From: an uncultured Actinomycetes bacterium
GTDB taxonomy: Bacteria > Actinomycetota > Acidimicrobiia > IMCC26256 > DASPTH01
Direction of reading: 5' to 3'
NCBI GenBank assembly: GCA_963750045.1
Contig: CAVVPD010000002.1
Coordinates: 199,736-263,735, forward strand
Length of the DNA stretch: 64,000 nucleotides
Part shown: positions 46,660-56,220 of the stretch, one piece after another
How positions within the stretch are numbered: the first letter of the stretch is position 1
Layout: every line of letters begins with the position of its first letter
Program-made: the position numbers and the translations under genes
The notes under the pieces: generated by a model
What the model saw: only the letters and a program-made list of their open reading frames with translations
Told to the model about the DNA's origin: nothing
Databases searched by the model: none

Positions 46660-47052
46660 TCAGCGGGGCTCGAAGCCGAAGCCGACGGCCTCGGTGCCTT
46701 CGCTGTCGGTACCCAATGAATACGTCGCCAACTTGACCTTCATTCCCAGGTGCACGTGTTCGGCGTCGGGCTCGACGTTGATCACGTTGGCGCGGACGCT
46801 CGTGCCGCCGCAGTCGACGACACCGGCCACGAACGGCACCGGGATCCCCGGTGCCGCCATCGACACGATGGTGAACGAATGCAACACGCCGTCCGTCTGG
46901 ACCGGCACCGTCTTGAACGTCGTGCCGCTGCACGACGCACAAGCGTTGCGCCGGTCGAAATATCGGGCACCGCACTGGGTGCATTCCTGCGCTTCGAGGT
47001 GCGGGTCGTCACCCAGCACCAGGTACCCCACCAGCGGGATCGTTCCAGCCAC
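46660..47052 (-). CDS. DUF35 Zn-ribbon/OB-fold protein
   Basis: Start trimmed to GTG 47052, 6 nt after GAGGAG. Ribbon CTQCGARYFDRRNACASCSG. Confidence 0.8.
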   Translation of the reverse strand: MAGTIPLVGYLVLGDDPHLEAQECTQCGARYFDRRNACASCSGTTFKTVPVQTDGVLHSFTIVSMAAPGIPVPFVAGVVDCGGTSVRANVINVEPDAEHVHLGMKVKLATYSLGTDSEGTEAVGFGFEPR

Positions 47053-47162
47053 CGAAAACTCCTCGTTCGTGCGTGTCCTGGCAGAGTATCCGTGATCGGC
47101 CCTCCGGGGCACAGGCGGGGCTCCCGGGCGCCTGATGCGAGTCGGGGTAGGGTCCCGGAGGG

Positions 47163-48326
47163 ATGGTCATGGACGTCGACCGGTTGGTGAAGGACGCCAT
47201 CGAACAGGTCGGCTCGGGAGACTTCGGTCCCGAGGCCGGCGCGATGCGTGACGCCCTGCAGGTCCTCGTGGACTCGGCCAACGAGGAGTCCGAGCTGAGC
47301 GACGAGGCCGAAGCCCTGTTCTCGGGGATGCTCGGGTCGCTCCTCGCCCGGCGCCTGCAGATCGAGCAGTGCTATGCGGAGCATCCCGAGATCGGTGAGC
47401 AGTCGATCGAGTCGGTGCTGTTCGGGCTCGGCCTGCCCCGCACCGGGTCGACTGCCCTGAGCTACCTCCTCGCGCAGGACGCCGACGTGCGGTCGTTGCG
47501 GCAATGGGAGGCGTCGCAACCCACTCCTCCCCCCGAGCTCGCGACGGAGGCCACCGACCCGCGGTTCCTCGCCGCGCAAGCCGCGATGAGCGGGCTGGGG
47601 AACCTTCCGCCGGAGATCAAGTCGATGCTGCCGTCGTCACCCGACGGCCCGGCCGAGTGCCTCGAGCTCATGAACCTCACGTTCCGCTGCTCGATGCTCG
47701 ACTGCGTCGCACAGACCCCCTCGTACGGCCGCTGGATCCTCGACTGTGACTACGGGCCGACGTACCGCTACCACGAGCGCGTCGTGAAGCTGCTCCAGTG
47801 GCATCGCCCTCCATCCCGCTGGCGGCTCAAGTCACCCGCGCACATGCTCGGCATCGACGCCCTCGACGAGGTGTACCCGCAGTCCCGCTTCGTGATCACC
47901 CACCGCGACGTGACCAAGGTGATCCCGTCGGTTGCGAGCGTCGAGACCGCCGTCGTGCGCATGTACACGGGAAAGGCCGACCCCGAGTACTTCGGCGCTC
48001 ACTGCGCGGAGACGTGGGACGTCGGGCTCCGACGGTTCATCGGCTTTCGCGACCGTGTCGGCGAGGAGCGCTTCTACGACATCGCGTTCGACGACCTGCA
48101 GACCGACCCCATCGGAACGGTGCGCGGACTGTACGAGTGGCTCGACGAGGACTTCACCCCCGCGGCGGTGAGCGCGATGGAAACGTGGTGGGCCCAGAAC
48201 CAGAGCGAGCGCGAGCAGACCGGCGGTCACCACTACACCGCCGAGGACTTCGGCCTCGACACCGCCGAGCTGGGCCGACGGTTCGCGTACTACGGCGAGC
48301 GGTTCCCGATCGCGCAACCGCGGTAG
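47163..48326 (+). CDS. Sulfotransferase family protein
   Basis: PAPS 5'-phosphosulfate-binding loop GLPRTGSTALSYLL. 387 aa. Confidence 0.75.
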   Translation: MVMDVDRLVKDAIEQVGSGDFGPEAGAMRDALQVLVDSANEESELSDEAEALFSGMLGSLLARRLQIEQCYAEHPEIGEQSIESVLFGLGLPRTGSTALSYLLAQDADVRSLRQWEASQPTPPPELATEATDPRFLAAQAAMSGLGNLPPEIKSMLPSSPDGPAECLELMNLTFRCSMLDCVAQTPSYGRWILDCDYGPTYRYHERVVKLLQWHRPPSRWRLKSPAHMLGIDALDEVYPQSRFVITHRDVTKVIPSVASVETAVVRMYTGKADPEYFGAHCAETWDVGLRRFIGFRDRVGEERFYDIAFDDLQTDPIGTVRGLYEWLDEDFTPAAVSAMETWWAQNQSEREQTGGHHYTAEDFGLDTAELGRRFAYYGERFPIAQPR

Positions 48327-48350
48327 CACCCCACGAGCCGACACGCTGTC

Positions 48351-48368
48351 TGCGCCCGGGCGGGCGCA
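48351..48368 (+). terminator. GC-rich hairpin TGCGCCCG-GG-CGGGCGCA after the sulfotransferase stop
   Basis: Read directly, 25 nt after the stop codon. There is no U-tract. Confidence 0.3.
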
Positions 48369-48456
48369 TCGTCGCAGAACCACAACACGAACATCGTCCG
48401 GTCGCGATGTCCCCGGGAACACTCTGGGAGACAGACGCAACCGAAAGGGCGTTCCG

Positions 48457-48759
48457 ATGCGACACGACAGACAGACGACGACGATGACCCCGCGGTTCGG
48501 TTCGGGTCGTTCCCGGCCCACGACCCGGCCCGGTGCCCCGTCGCGACCGCACGCGTCACCGGCACCGGTGGTCGTGGAGACCGAGACCCGCTACCTCGAT
48601 CTCGACGGCGACGGTGTCCTCGACGCGGTCGAGACCGTCGAGACGGTGGTACCCGTCGACAACCCCACGCAGGCCCCCCAGACCATCACGACGCTCTGGG
48701 CGGAGATCGGCGACGACGGCGCACCCCGTCGGGTGCTCACATCTTCGGTCGCGCCGTAG
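48457..48759 (+). CDS. Hypothetical small protein
   Basis: Third-position GC is high across VVVETETRYLDLDGDGVLDAVETVETVVPVDNPTQ. No family recognised. Confidence 0.4.
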   Translation: MRHDRQTTTMTPRFGSGRSRPTTRPGAPSRPHASPAPVVVETETRYLDLDGDGVLDAVETVETVVPVDNPTQAPQTITTLWAEIGDDGAPRRVLTSSVAP

Positions 48760-49112
48760 CGGCTCGGAAGCACGCATTGCCCGAATCGCCGTGGCCGGCG
48801 CCCCGACGTGACCAGCGCCGGCCCGGGGCCACACGATCCGATTCGAACGCAACGGCTGGATTCAGCTGCTCGACCACCGTGTGCTCCTCGAAGCCGTTCC
48901 CGAGGGGACGACCGTGCGACTCGACACCGCGCCCGGCCGTGACGCGATCTCGGGGGCTCCCTGTGCACCGTCTGGCCCGTCCCCGACGACGCCGACGAGA
49001 TCTCACGACGCATGCTCGCGGCCACGAAGGGCGGCGAGACCCGCACGCTGCTACACCCGCCACTTCGGTCCCCCGCAACCCTGAGCGGCGGGCGCCAGTG
49101 CTCGGCCGATGC

Positions 49113-49475
49113 TCATGCCGCCCGGGTCGTGGGCTCGGCCGGCGCCCCGGCCAACGCGGCCCGGAGCACCTCCCGGACGCTCGGGGCATCGGACTCGGAC
49201 ACCCGGTTGGCGGCGAGCACGCCCTCGACCATGTCGGTGACGGCGTCCTCGAACGGGCGGCCCCGCAGCCGGACCGACACCACCGCGCCGCCGGGGTAGC
49301 GCCGGATGGTGCGGGTGGCCCCCGGGACCCGAGGCGGGCAGCGGAAGGCGGGAACCGCGAGGCCCGCCGCGTGGGTCGCCGCGCCGAGGCGCCGCGCGAA
49401 GTCGGCGAAGCGCATGGCTGGGAGCTCAGTGGGGAGGCCGTTCACGGTCACGAGCTTCGCACCGGGGTGTGACAC
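49113..49475 (-). CDS. Hypothetical protein, divergent from the MATE gene
   Basis: Third-position GC is high and composition is natural (AVPAFRCPPRVPGATRTIRRYPGGAVVSVRLRGRPFEDAVTDMVEGVLAAN). Start GTG 49475 or ATG 49415. Confidence 0.5.
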   Translation of the reverse strand: MSHPGAKLVTVNGLPTELPAMRFADFARRLGAATHAAGLAVPAFRCPPRVPGATRTIRRYPGGAVVSVRLRGRPFEDAVTDMVEGVLAANRVSESDAPSVREVLRAALAGAPAEPTTRAA

Positions 49476-49509
49476 TCATCCCATCCCCCGTTTCCGGGAA
49501 GATGGGTGG

Positions 49510-50838
49510 ATGCGGGTGACGCGCGGGAGTCCTCATGACCGCGAGATCGTGAGGCTCGCGGTGCCGGCCCTCGGCGCGCTGGCGGCGGAACCCCTCTACC
49601 TCCTCGCGGACACTGCCATCGTCGGGCACCTCGGCACCCGGCCGCTCGCCGGTCTGGCGGTGGCCGGGTCGGTCCTCACCGCGGCGTTCACCGTGTTCAA
49701 CTTCCTCGCCTACTCGACCACCGCCGCCGTCGCCCGCCACGTCGGCGCCGGGAACCGCCGGGACGCGGCCGAGACCGGCGTGGACGGCTGCTGGCTCGCC
49801 ATCGGGCTCGGCATCACCCTCACCGTGCTCGGGCTCGTGCTCGCGCCCGTGATCACCGACGTCATGGGCGCGTCGGCGAACGTCGCGCCGTACGCGGTCA
49901 CCTACCTGCGCATCAGCATCCTCGGCGCGCCGGCGCTGCTGCTCGCGCTCGCCGGTACCGGCTACCTGCGCGGGATGCAGGACACCCGCACCACGCTGGT
50001 GATCGCGGTCGCAGCCAACTCCGCCAACCTCCTCGTCGAGCTCCTCTTCGTGTACGCGCTCCACCTCGGCATCGCGGGGTCCGCATGGGGCACCGTGCTC
50101 GCGCAGTACGGCGCGGCGATCGCCTACCTCGCGATCGTCGGCCACACGGCGCGGACCGAGGGCGCCTCGGTCAGGCCGCACCCGGCGGGGATCCGAGCCA
50201 ACGCTTCCGTCGGCAGCCGTCTCGTGGTGCGCACTGCCTCGCTCATCGTCGCGCTGCTCACTGCGACCGCGATCGCGTCGCGCATCAGCGACGATGCGGT
50301 GGCCGCTCACCAGATCTGCATGCAGATCTTCCTCTTCCTCGCGCTCTCACTCGACGCGTTGGCGATCGCGGGCCAGGCCATGGTGGGGCGCTTCCTCGGC
50401 GCCTCGAGCGGGTACGACGCGCGCGCCGTCGGGCGGCGGTTGCTCGAGCTGGGAGCCGTCGTCGGGGTGGGGTTCGGCCTTGCGGTGATGCTGCTGAGGC
50501 CGTGGCTGGCCGGGCTGTTCACCAACGATCCAGGGGTGCGTCACCTGGCGCTGGAGGTGCTGTGGATCGTGGCCGCACTCCAACCGCTCGCGGCGCTCGT
50601 GTTCGTGCTCGACGGGGTGCTGATCGGCGCGGGCGACGCGGGCTATCTCGCGCTCGCCATGCTCGTGGCGACCGTCGGGGTGTACCTGCCGGCGGCCCTG
50701 CTCGTCGCCGGGCTCGGCGGCGGGCTCGTCTGGCTGTGGGGTGCGCTGTCACTGTGGATGCTGGCCCGGTTCGTGGGCATGGCCGCCCGCTTCCGAACAT
50801 CACGTTGGGCGGTCGCGGGCGCGGTGCGTCCCGCGTGA
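49510..50838 (+). CDS. MATE family efflux transporter (DinF-like)
   Basis: Start trimmed to ATG 49510. REIVRLAVPALGALAAEPLYLLADTAIVGHLG. 12-TM-like hydrophobicity. Confidence 0.8.
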   Translation: MRVTRGSPHDREIVRLAVPALGALAAEPLYLLADTAIVGHLGTRPLAGLAVAGSVLTAAFTVFNFLAYSTTAAVARHVGAGNRRDAAETGVDGCWLAIGLGITLTVLGLVLAPVITDVMGASANVAPYAVTYLRISILGAPALLLALAGTGYLRGMQDTRTTLVIAVAANSANLLVELLFVYALHLGIAGSAWGTVLAQYGAAIAYLAIVGHTARTEGASVRPHPAGIRANASVGSRLVVRTASLIVALLTATAIASRISDDAVAAHQICMQIFLFLALSLDALAIAGQAMVGRFLGASSGYDARAVGRRLLELGAVVGVGFGLAVMLLRPWLAGLFTNDPGVRHLALEVLWIVAALQPLAALVFVLDGVLIGAGDAGYLALAMLVATVGVYLPAALLVAGLGGGLVWLWGALSLWMLARFVGMAARFRTSRWAVAGAVRPA

Positions 50839-50878
50839 CCGGTTTGCGTGGAACCCGCTGAGACGCTTTCCTGGACCG

Positions 50879-51772
50879 ATGTCCGCGTCCGACCCCCCGC
50901 TGCACCTGGTCACGACCGGCGCGGCCGCGGCCGGGATGTCGGAGCGCGTCGCCGTCTCCGGGGTCGGCGACGGCGACCCCGACGAAGAGCCCCTGAGCGT
51001 CGACGCCTGGGGTCGCAGCGAGGCGGTGCGCGCGCTGGCCCGCGCCCTCTACGACCCGGTCTACCGCTACTGGTTGCGCACAGAATGGGAGGGCCTGGAG
51101 CACGTCCCGCTCGAGGGCGGCGCGCTGCTCGTGGCCAACCACGGTGGCGCCATCCCCTCGGACGCGCCGGTCGTGATGCACGGCATCGAACGGGAGCTGC
51201 TCCGTCCGGTCTACGGCCTGGGCGAGAACCTGTTCCGTTCGCTGCCGGTGTTCGGCACCCTGTGGTCGCGCGCCGGAGGCGTGCCCGCCCATCCCGACAA
51301 CGCGTACCGGTTGCTCCACGACGACGGGCAACTCGTGCTCGTCTTCCCTGAGGGCACCAAGGCGACCGGCAAGCTGGTGCGTGACCGCTACCAGCTGCAC
51401 CGCTTCGGGCGCGGCGGCTTCGTGGAGATCGCCATGCGAGCGGGCGTGCCCGTGGTCCCGATGGCGATCATGGGCAACGAGGAAGCCATGCCGATCCTGT
51501 GGAAGAGTCGACGCCTCGCGAAGCTGCTCGGGCTCCCCTACTTCCCCATCACCGCGAACCAGTTCGTGTACGGCCCGGTCCTCGGCTACGTGGTGCCGCT
51601 CCCCGCCAAGTTCCGCATTCGCGTCCTCCCGCCGGTGACCTTCGACGTGCCACCCGGTCAGGCGCGCTACAACCGCGGCGTCGTGATGGAAGAGGCGGAG
51701 CGCATCCGGGCGCTCATCCAGACCGAGGTCGACGACATGCTGCGCGAGCGCCACAGCGTGTGGCTCGGCTGA
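50879..51772 (+). CDS. PlsC-family lysophospholipid acyltransferase
   Basis: Start trimmed to ATG 50879. NHGG (the HX4D-block variant), VFPEGT, VPVVPMAIMG. Confidence 0.75.
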   Translation: MSASDPPLHLVTTGAAAAGMSERVAVSGVGDGDPDEEPLSVDAWGRSEAVRALARALYDPVYRYWLRTEWEGLEHVPLEGGALLVANHGGAIPSDAPVVMHGIERELLRPVYGLGENLFRSLPVFGTLWSRAGGVPAHPDNAYRLLHDDGQLVLVFPEGTKATGKLVRDRYQLHRFGRGGFVEIAMRAGVPVVPMAIMGNEEAMPILWKSRRLAKLLGLPYFPITANQFVYGPVLGYVVPLPAKFRIRVLPPVTFDVPPGQARYNRGVVMEEAERIRALIQTEVDDMLRERHSVWLG

Positions 51773-51780
51773 GGCGACCG

Positions 51781-52815
51781 TTGCGCGTCCTGGTCACCGG
51801 GCTCGGCACCTTCTGGGGGAGCCGGATCGCGCAGCTGCTCGAAGCGCGCCCCGAGGTCGAGGTGGTCGTCGGGGTCGACACGCGCGAGCCGCGCCTGCCG
51901 CTCGAGCGCACGGAGTTCGTCAAGGCCGACGCGTCCTATCGCATCCTCCAACGTCTGGTGCGCGCGACCCAGGTCGACACCGTGCTGCACACCCACCTCG
52001 AGTTCGACTCCACGCGGATCACCAGCCGGCAACTCCACGAGTTCAACGTGATCGGCACGATGAACCTGCTCGCGGCCGCGGCGGCCGAGGGCAGCGCGGT
52101 GCGGAAGGTCGTCCTCAAGACCTCGACGCTCGTCTACGGCTCGAACTTCGACGACCCGTACTTCTTCCGCGAATCGACCCGCCGCACGCACCCGCCGAAG
52201 ACGCCGATGGAGCGGTCGCTCGTCGAGATCGACGGACTCGTGCGAGACTTCACCGACGACAACCCCGACGTATCGGTCACGTCGTTGCGCTTCGCCAACG
52301 TGTTGGGCGACGACCTCACGACCGTGTTCTCCCGGATGCTGCGCTTGCCGGTCGTGCCCGAGGTGTTCGGGTTCGATCCCCGGTTGCAGTTCGTCCACGA
52401 GGACGACGTGACCGGCGCACTCCAGCACGCTGCCGTCAACGACGTGTCCGGCACGTTCAACGTCGCCGGGCCCGGCATCGTCACCTGGAGCGAGGCGTGC
52501 CGCGTCGTCGGGCGCCGCCGCATCGCCATGCCCCCGCTGATGACGGGCGCGGCCGCGGTCCCGATGCGGCTGCTGCGCGTGATCGACATCCCGCCCGAGG
52601 TGCTCAGCCTCCTCCGCTACGGCCGCGGGGTCGACACCACCGCCTTCGTCGACGCCGGCTTCGAGTACCGATACACCACGCCGGCGACCGTCGAGGCGTT
52701 CGCGAGCGCACGCCGGCTCGAGCGAGTGGTCGGCGTGCCACCCGCGTACGAATACGAGCGCGACGTGGAGCACTTCTTCCGCAACTCGCGAGCAGTGGTG
52801 CGGCCCGACGCCTGA
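51781..52815 (+). CDS. NAD-dependent epimerase/dehydratase family protein
   Basis: TTG start at 51781, LRVLVTGLGTFWGSRI. It follows the PlsC-like gene, as in the mycobacterial acyltransferase/galE2-like pair (from memory). Confidence 0.7.
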   Translation: MRVLVTGLGTFWGSRIAQLLEARPEVEVVVGVDTREPRLPLERTEFVKADASYRILQRLVRATQVDTVLHTHLEFDSTRITSRQLHEFNVIGTMNLLAAAAAEGSAVRKVVLKTSTLVYGSNFDDPYFFRESTRRTHPPKTPMERSLVEIDGLVRDFTDDNPDVSVTSLRFANVLGDDLTTVFSRMLRLPVVPEVFGFDPRLQFVHEDDVTGALQHAAVNDVSGTFNVAGPGIVTWSEACRVVGRRRIAMPPLMTGAAAVPMRLLRVIDIPPEVLSLLRYGRGVDTTAFVDAGFEYRYTTPATVEAFASARRLERVVGVPPAYEYERDVEHFFRNSRAVVRPDA

Positions 52816-52819
52816 GCGT

Positions 52820-53446
52820 TCAGGTGAAGAAGCGCTGCTCGAACTCGGCGCGACGCTCGTCCCACTCTTCGCGGGTGATCGCGTAGCGGACGTGGTCTTC
52901 CCAGACGCCCTGGATCTGGAGGAAGCGGACGGCCGTCCCCTCGTCTCGCAGCCCGAGCTTGGCCACGACCCGGTGGCTCTTGGAGTTGCGGGGCACGATC
53001 GCCGCCTCCATCCGGTGCAGGCCCAGCTCCTCGAATCCGTAGCGGAGCACGACGGCGACGGCATCGGGCGTGTAGCCCATCCCGGCGTGCTTCTCGTCGA
53101 TCCAGTAGCCGATGAAGCACGACTGGAACGGTCCGCGCAGGAGGCTCCCGAGGCTCACCTCACCGATGAGCGTGCCGTCACGCAGGAACGTGCCGAACCC
53201 GTAGGCCGTGTCGAACTGACGCTGGCGCTCCCACGCGCCGCATCGGGCACGGAAGGCGTCGCGGTCGATGATCGGGTCCCGGGTCCCGAGCTCCGGGAGC
53301 GGCTCCCAGGGCTCGAGCCAGTCACGGCTGCGGATGCGGATCTCGCGCCACGCATCGTGATCACGCGCCTCGAGCGGGCGCAGCATCACACGCGGACCCA
53401 CGAGCGACGTGTCACGGCGTCCTCTCATCGGGCGAAGGATATTCAT
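52820..53446 (-). CDS. GNAT family N-acetyltransferase (RimJ/RimL-like)
   Basis: Trimmed to ATG 53446. VMLRPLEARDHDAW...GYWIDEKHAGMGYTPDAV...LGLHRMEAAIVPRNSKSHRV. Confidence 0.8.
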   Translation of the reverse strand: MNILRPMRGRRDTSLVGPRVMLRPLEARDHDAWREIRIRSRDWLEPWEPLPELGTRDPIIDRDAFRARCGAWERQRQFDTAYGFGTFLRDGTLIGEVSLGSLLRGPFQSCFIGYWIDEKHAGMGYTPDAVAVVLRYGFEELGLHRMEAAIVPRNSKSHRVVAKLGLRDEGTAVRFLQIQGVWEDHVRYAITREEWDERRAEFEQRFFT

Positions 53447-53458
53447 TAGCCTGACCCG

Positions 53459-54064
53459 ATGCCCACGAACCCGCCTCCCCCGGTGACGGCCGTCGACGAC
53501 GACCGCCTGGTGTGGCTCGATCTCGAGATGACCGGCCTCGACGTGACCCGCCACGTGATCGTCGAGGTCGCCGCGCTCGTCACCGACGGCCAGCTCGAGC
53601 CGCTCGACGAAGGGATCGACGTGATCGTCCACCAGCCACCTGCCGCACTTGCGGAGATGGACGACTTCGTGCGGAAGATGCACACCCGCTCGGGCCTGGT
53701 CGGGGAGATCGAGGCGTCCACGGTGCCGCTGGCCGAAGCAGGCAGGCGGGCACTCGAGTACATCCGTCGCCACGTGCCCGAAGCCGGCGTGGCGCCCATG
53801 TGCGGCAACTCGATCGGCGTCGACCGGCGCTTCCTCGACCACCAGCTCCCCGAGCTGGATCAGTTCCTGCACTATCGGAGCATCGACGTGTCGAGCTTCA
53901 AGGAGCTGTGCCGGCGGTGGTACCCCGCGGTCTACAAGCAGCGCCCCCACAAGGCGGAGACGCATCGCGCGCTGGCCGACGTACGCGAGTCGATTGCCGA
54001 GCTGCGCTACTACCGCGAGCACATGTTGCGGCCCGCCGCCGATCCGGCGCCGGAGCCGAGCTGA
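53459..54064 (+). CDS. orn: Oligoribonuclease
   Basis: LVWLDLEMTGLD DEDD exonuclease motif, CGNSIGVDRRFL, ETHRALADVRESI. Confidence 0.9.
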   Translation: MPTNPPPPVTAVDDDRLVWLDLEMTGLDVTRHVIVEVAALVTDGQLEPLDEGIDVIVHQPPAALAEMDDFVRKMHTRSGLVGEIEASTVPLAEAGRRALEYIRRHVPEAGVAPMCGNSIGVDRRFLDHQLPELDQFLHYRSIDVSSFKELCRRWYPAVYKQRPHKAETHRALADVRESIAELRYYREHMLRPAADPAPEPS

Positions 54065-54173
54065 CGCCGCGTTCCGGCGCGGCGACTCAGACCCACAGGG
54101 AGCGGGCTCCCGGGATCTACGCCATCACGGACGCGTCACCCGGCCCCAGTCTCCGACACCTGCCGCTTGACTC

Positions 54174-54210
54174 CCTATCAGCGATAGGCAATACTCCTAT
54201 CATCGATAGG
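54174..54210. promoter_or_regulatory. Two 15-bp palindromes CCTATC-N3-GATAGG (54174-54188, 54196-54210) overlapping a TTGACT / AATACT promoter
   Basis: Read directly. -35 TTGACT at 54167-54172, -10 AATACT at 54190-54195, GTG start at 54222. Confidence 0.55.
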
Positions 54211-54221
54211 GAGAGTGGTGC

Positions 54222-54803
54222 GTGACGAGAACCGTTGCCCAGCGTCGTGAGGCTCGGATCGGCGAGATCGTCGCCTGCGCCTGGAAGCTCGCACGGGAGC
54301 ACGGCATCGCCGGGGTGTCGCTCCACGCACTGGCGCGTGAGGTGGGAATTCGCCAGCCGTCGTTGTACGAATACTTCGATTCGAAGCACGATCTCTACGA
54401 CGCGATGTTCTCCGACGGCAACCGGCAGCTCCTCGAGCGCCTCGACGCCGTCGAGCTGCCAGAGGACTCCCGGGCGGCGCTCAAGAAGGTCCTCCGCGCG
54501 TTCATCGACTTCGCGCTCGAAGATCCGGCTCGCTGCGAGCTGCTCTTCGAGCGCCACGTCCCCGGCTTCACACCCACACCCGCGTCCTACGCCCTCGCCG
54601 ACGAGGCGCTCGGCCGAGTCGTCACGGTGATGGGCGACGCCGGCGTGACCGACCAAGGCGACATCGACTGCCTCGTCGCCGTGACCGCCGGCCTCATGGA
54701 AGCCCAGTTGGCCAACGACCCAGGTGGCGACCGCTGGGTCCGTCATCTCGACCGGATGATCGATCTGCATCTCGACGATGCCCACCAAAGGAGCCCCCGA
54801 TGA
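54222..54803 (+). CDS. TetR family transcriptional regulator
   Basis: IVACAWKLAREHGIAGVSLHALAREVGIRQPSLYEYFDSKHDLY. Confidence 0.85.
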   Translation: MTRTVAQRREARIGEIVACAWKLAREHGIAGVSLHALAREVGIRQPSLYEYFDSKHDLYDAMFSDGNRQLLERLDAVELPEDSRAALKKVLRAFIDFALEDPARCELLFERHVPGFTPTPASYALADEALGRVVTVMGDAGVTDQGDIDCLVAVTAGLMEAQLANDPGGDRWVRHLDRMIDLHLDDAHQRSPR

Positions 54804-55294
54804 TCCAGGATCTCGATCACGACAGTGTGAGCCTGCACATGCGGGCACACCCCGACGGTATCTACGGCCTCGTCGCGGACGTGACCCGCACGCCCGAGTT
54901 CAGCCCTGAGATCGTCGAGTGCCGGTGGCTCGACGGCGCGACCGGGCCCGCCGTCGGAGCCCGCTTCAAGGGACGCAACAAGATGCCGAACCGGCCTGCG
55001 TTCAGCAACAAGCCAGTGGTGACCATCGTTGACCCCGGCCGCGCCTTCGCCTTCTCCCGCACCGAGCCGTTCGGCGGTACGGTCGAGTGGCGGTACGACT
55101 TCGCGCCGGACGGCGACGGCACCATCGTGACGGAGTCGTACACGGTCACCAAGCCGGTCTCTCGGATCGGCTGGTTCATCATCGGAACGCTGTTCGCGCG
55201 CAAGGACCGCCGAACCGACCTGCATCGCGGTATGGAGCAGACGCTGGAGCGTCTCCGCCGAGTCGCCGAGCGCGAGAGCACACCCACGGCGTAG
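54800..55294 (+). CDS. SRPBCC (START/polyketide cyclase-like) ligand-binding protein
   Basis: ATGA overlap with tetR. 164 aa; RTPEFSPEIVECRWLDG...GTVEWRYDF. Confidence 0.7.
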   Translation: MIQDLDHDSVSLHMRAHPDGIYGLVADVTRTPEFSPEIVECRWLDGATGPAVGARFKGRNKMPNRPAFSNKPVVTIVDPGRAFAFSRTEPFGGTVEWRYDFAPDGDGTIVTESYTVTKPVSRIGWFIIGTLFARKDRRTDLHRGMEQTLERLRRVAERESTPTA

Positions 55295-55477
55295 ACCACG
55301 GCACACCGCCGAGGCCGCCGCCCGGCTGATCGTCGACGAAAGGCGCCCAGATCGACGGCTCTTGGCGCGCTCACCTCGTCGACCGGGCTTCTGTGCGTTC
55401 CAGGGCGATCGAGCGAGAGCACGCTGGGGTGTGCGTGCGAGAACCCTCCCGAGCGCGCCATGCGGTTGGAGGGCTGT

Positions 55478-55915
55478 CTAGCGGGGTTCAGGTCGTTGGT
55501 GTTCAGCTCGTTGCGCTTCATAACGATCTCGGCTGACGGATTCGGCGCGCCGACGCTCGATGTAATCGATGAGTGCGTGGACGAGCAGTGCAAACAGTGC
55601 GTACATGACGATCGCGAAGAGGAGCGACACGTCGAGCACCGAGTCGCCGTTGACGTGTGAGGGGAAGATGCCACGGAAGGGTGCAGTGACGCGGCTGGCG
55701 CTGCGATAGACCCACTGAGCGAAGCCGCTGCTCGGATTGGCCCCGAACAGTTGGAGCACGAAGGCGAGCGTCGCGATCACGATGGCGACGAGCGCGAACG
55801 CGTAGACGAACCAGACGATCGCTCGGCCGACACCCCACGCGACCGTGCGGCCGCTGCTCTTGGTCGGCGGCGGCTCGTATGAGCTTGGGGACCGCTCGGG
55901 GTCGTACGCAGCCAC
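55478..55915 (-). CDS. Small integral membrane protein, two TM helices, unknown function
   Basis: Hydrophobic segments AIVWFVYAFALVAIVIATLAFVLQLF and VSLLFAIVMYALFALLVHALI. Confidence 0.5.
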   Translation of the reverse strand: MAAYDPERSPSSYEPPPTKSSGRTVAWGVGRAIVWFVYAFALVAIVIATLAFVLQLFGANPSSGFAQWVYRSASRVTAPFRGIFPSHVNGDSVLDVSLLFAIVMYALFALLVHALIDYIERRRAESVSRDRYEAQRAEHQRPEPR

Positions 55916-56220
55916 GGATGCCCTCCCCTCCGGAGGCGACGCCCTCTCGCGAACACGGACTTCCGAACCGGAGCACCACGCCTCTGCGGTGAGACCCTAC
56001 GCGCTGATTCGATCACTCGCTGGCACCTAGAGGTCCGTCACGTGCCACCGCGGCCGGGACCGAGTCCACGACGGCGCGACCCATCGGGTCCATCGACCTG
56101 AGATCGTTCCCATGGCGGTGGCGAAAAGAGGCGGATGACGACCGATGTCGCTCCGACAGTTGCCGTGCCACGCCGCACGAACGCCTCGGGCGTGATCACG
56201 TAGCCGACGATCGGGGACGG

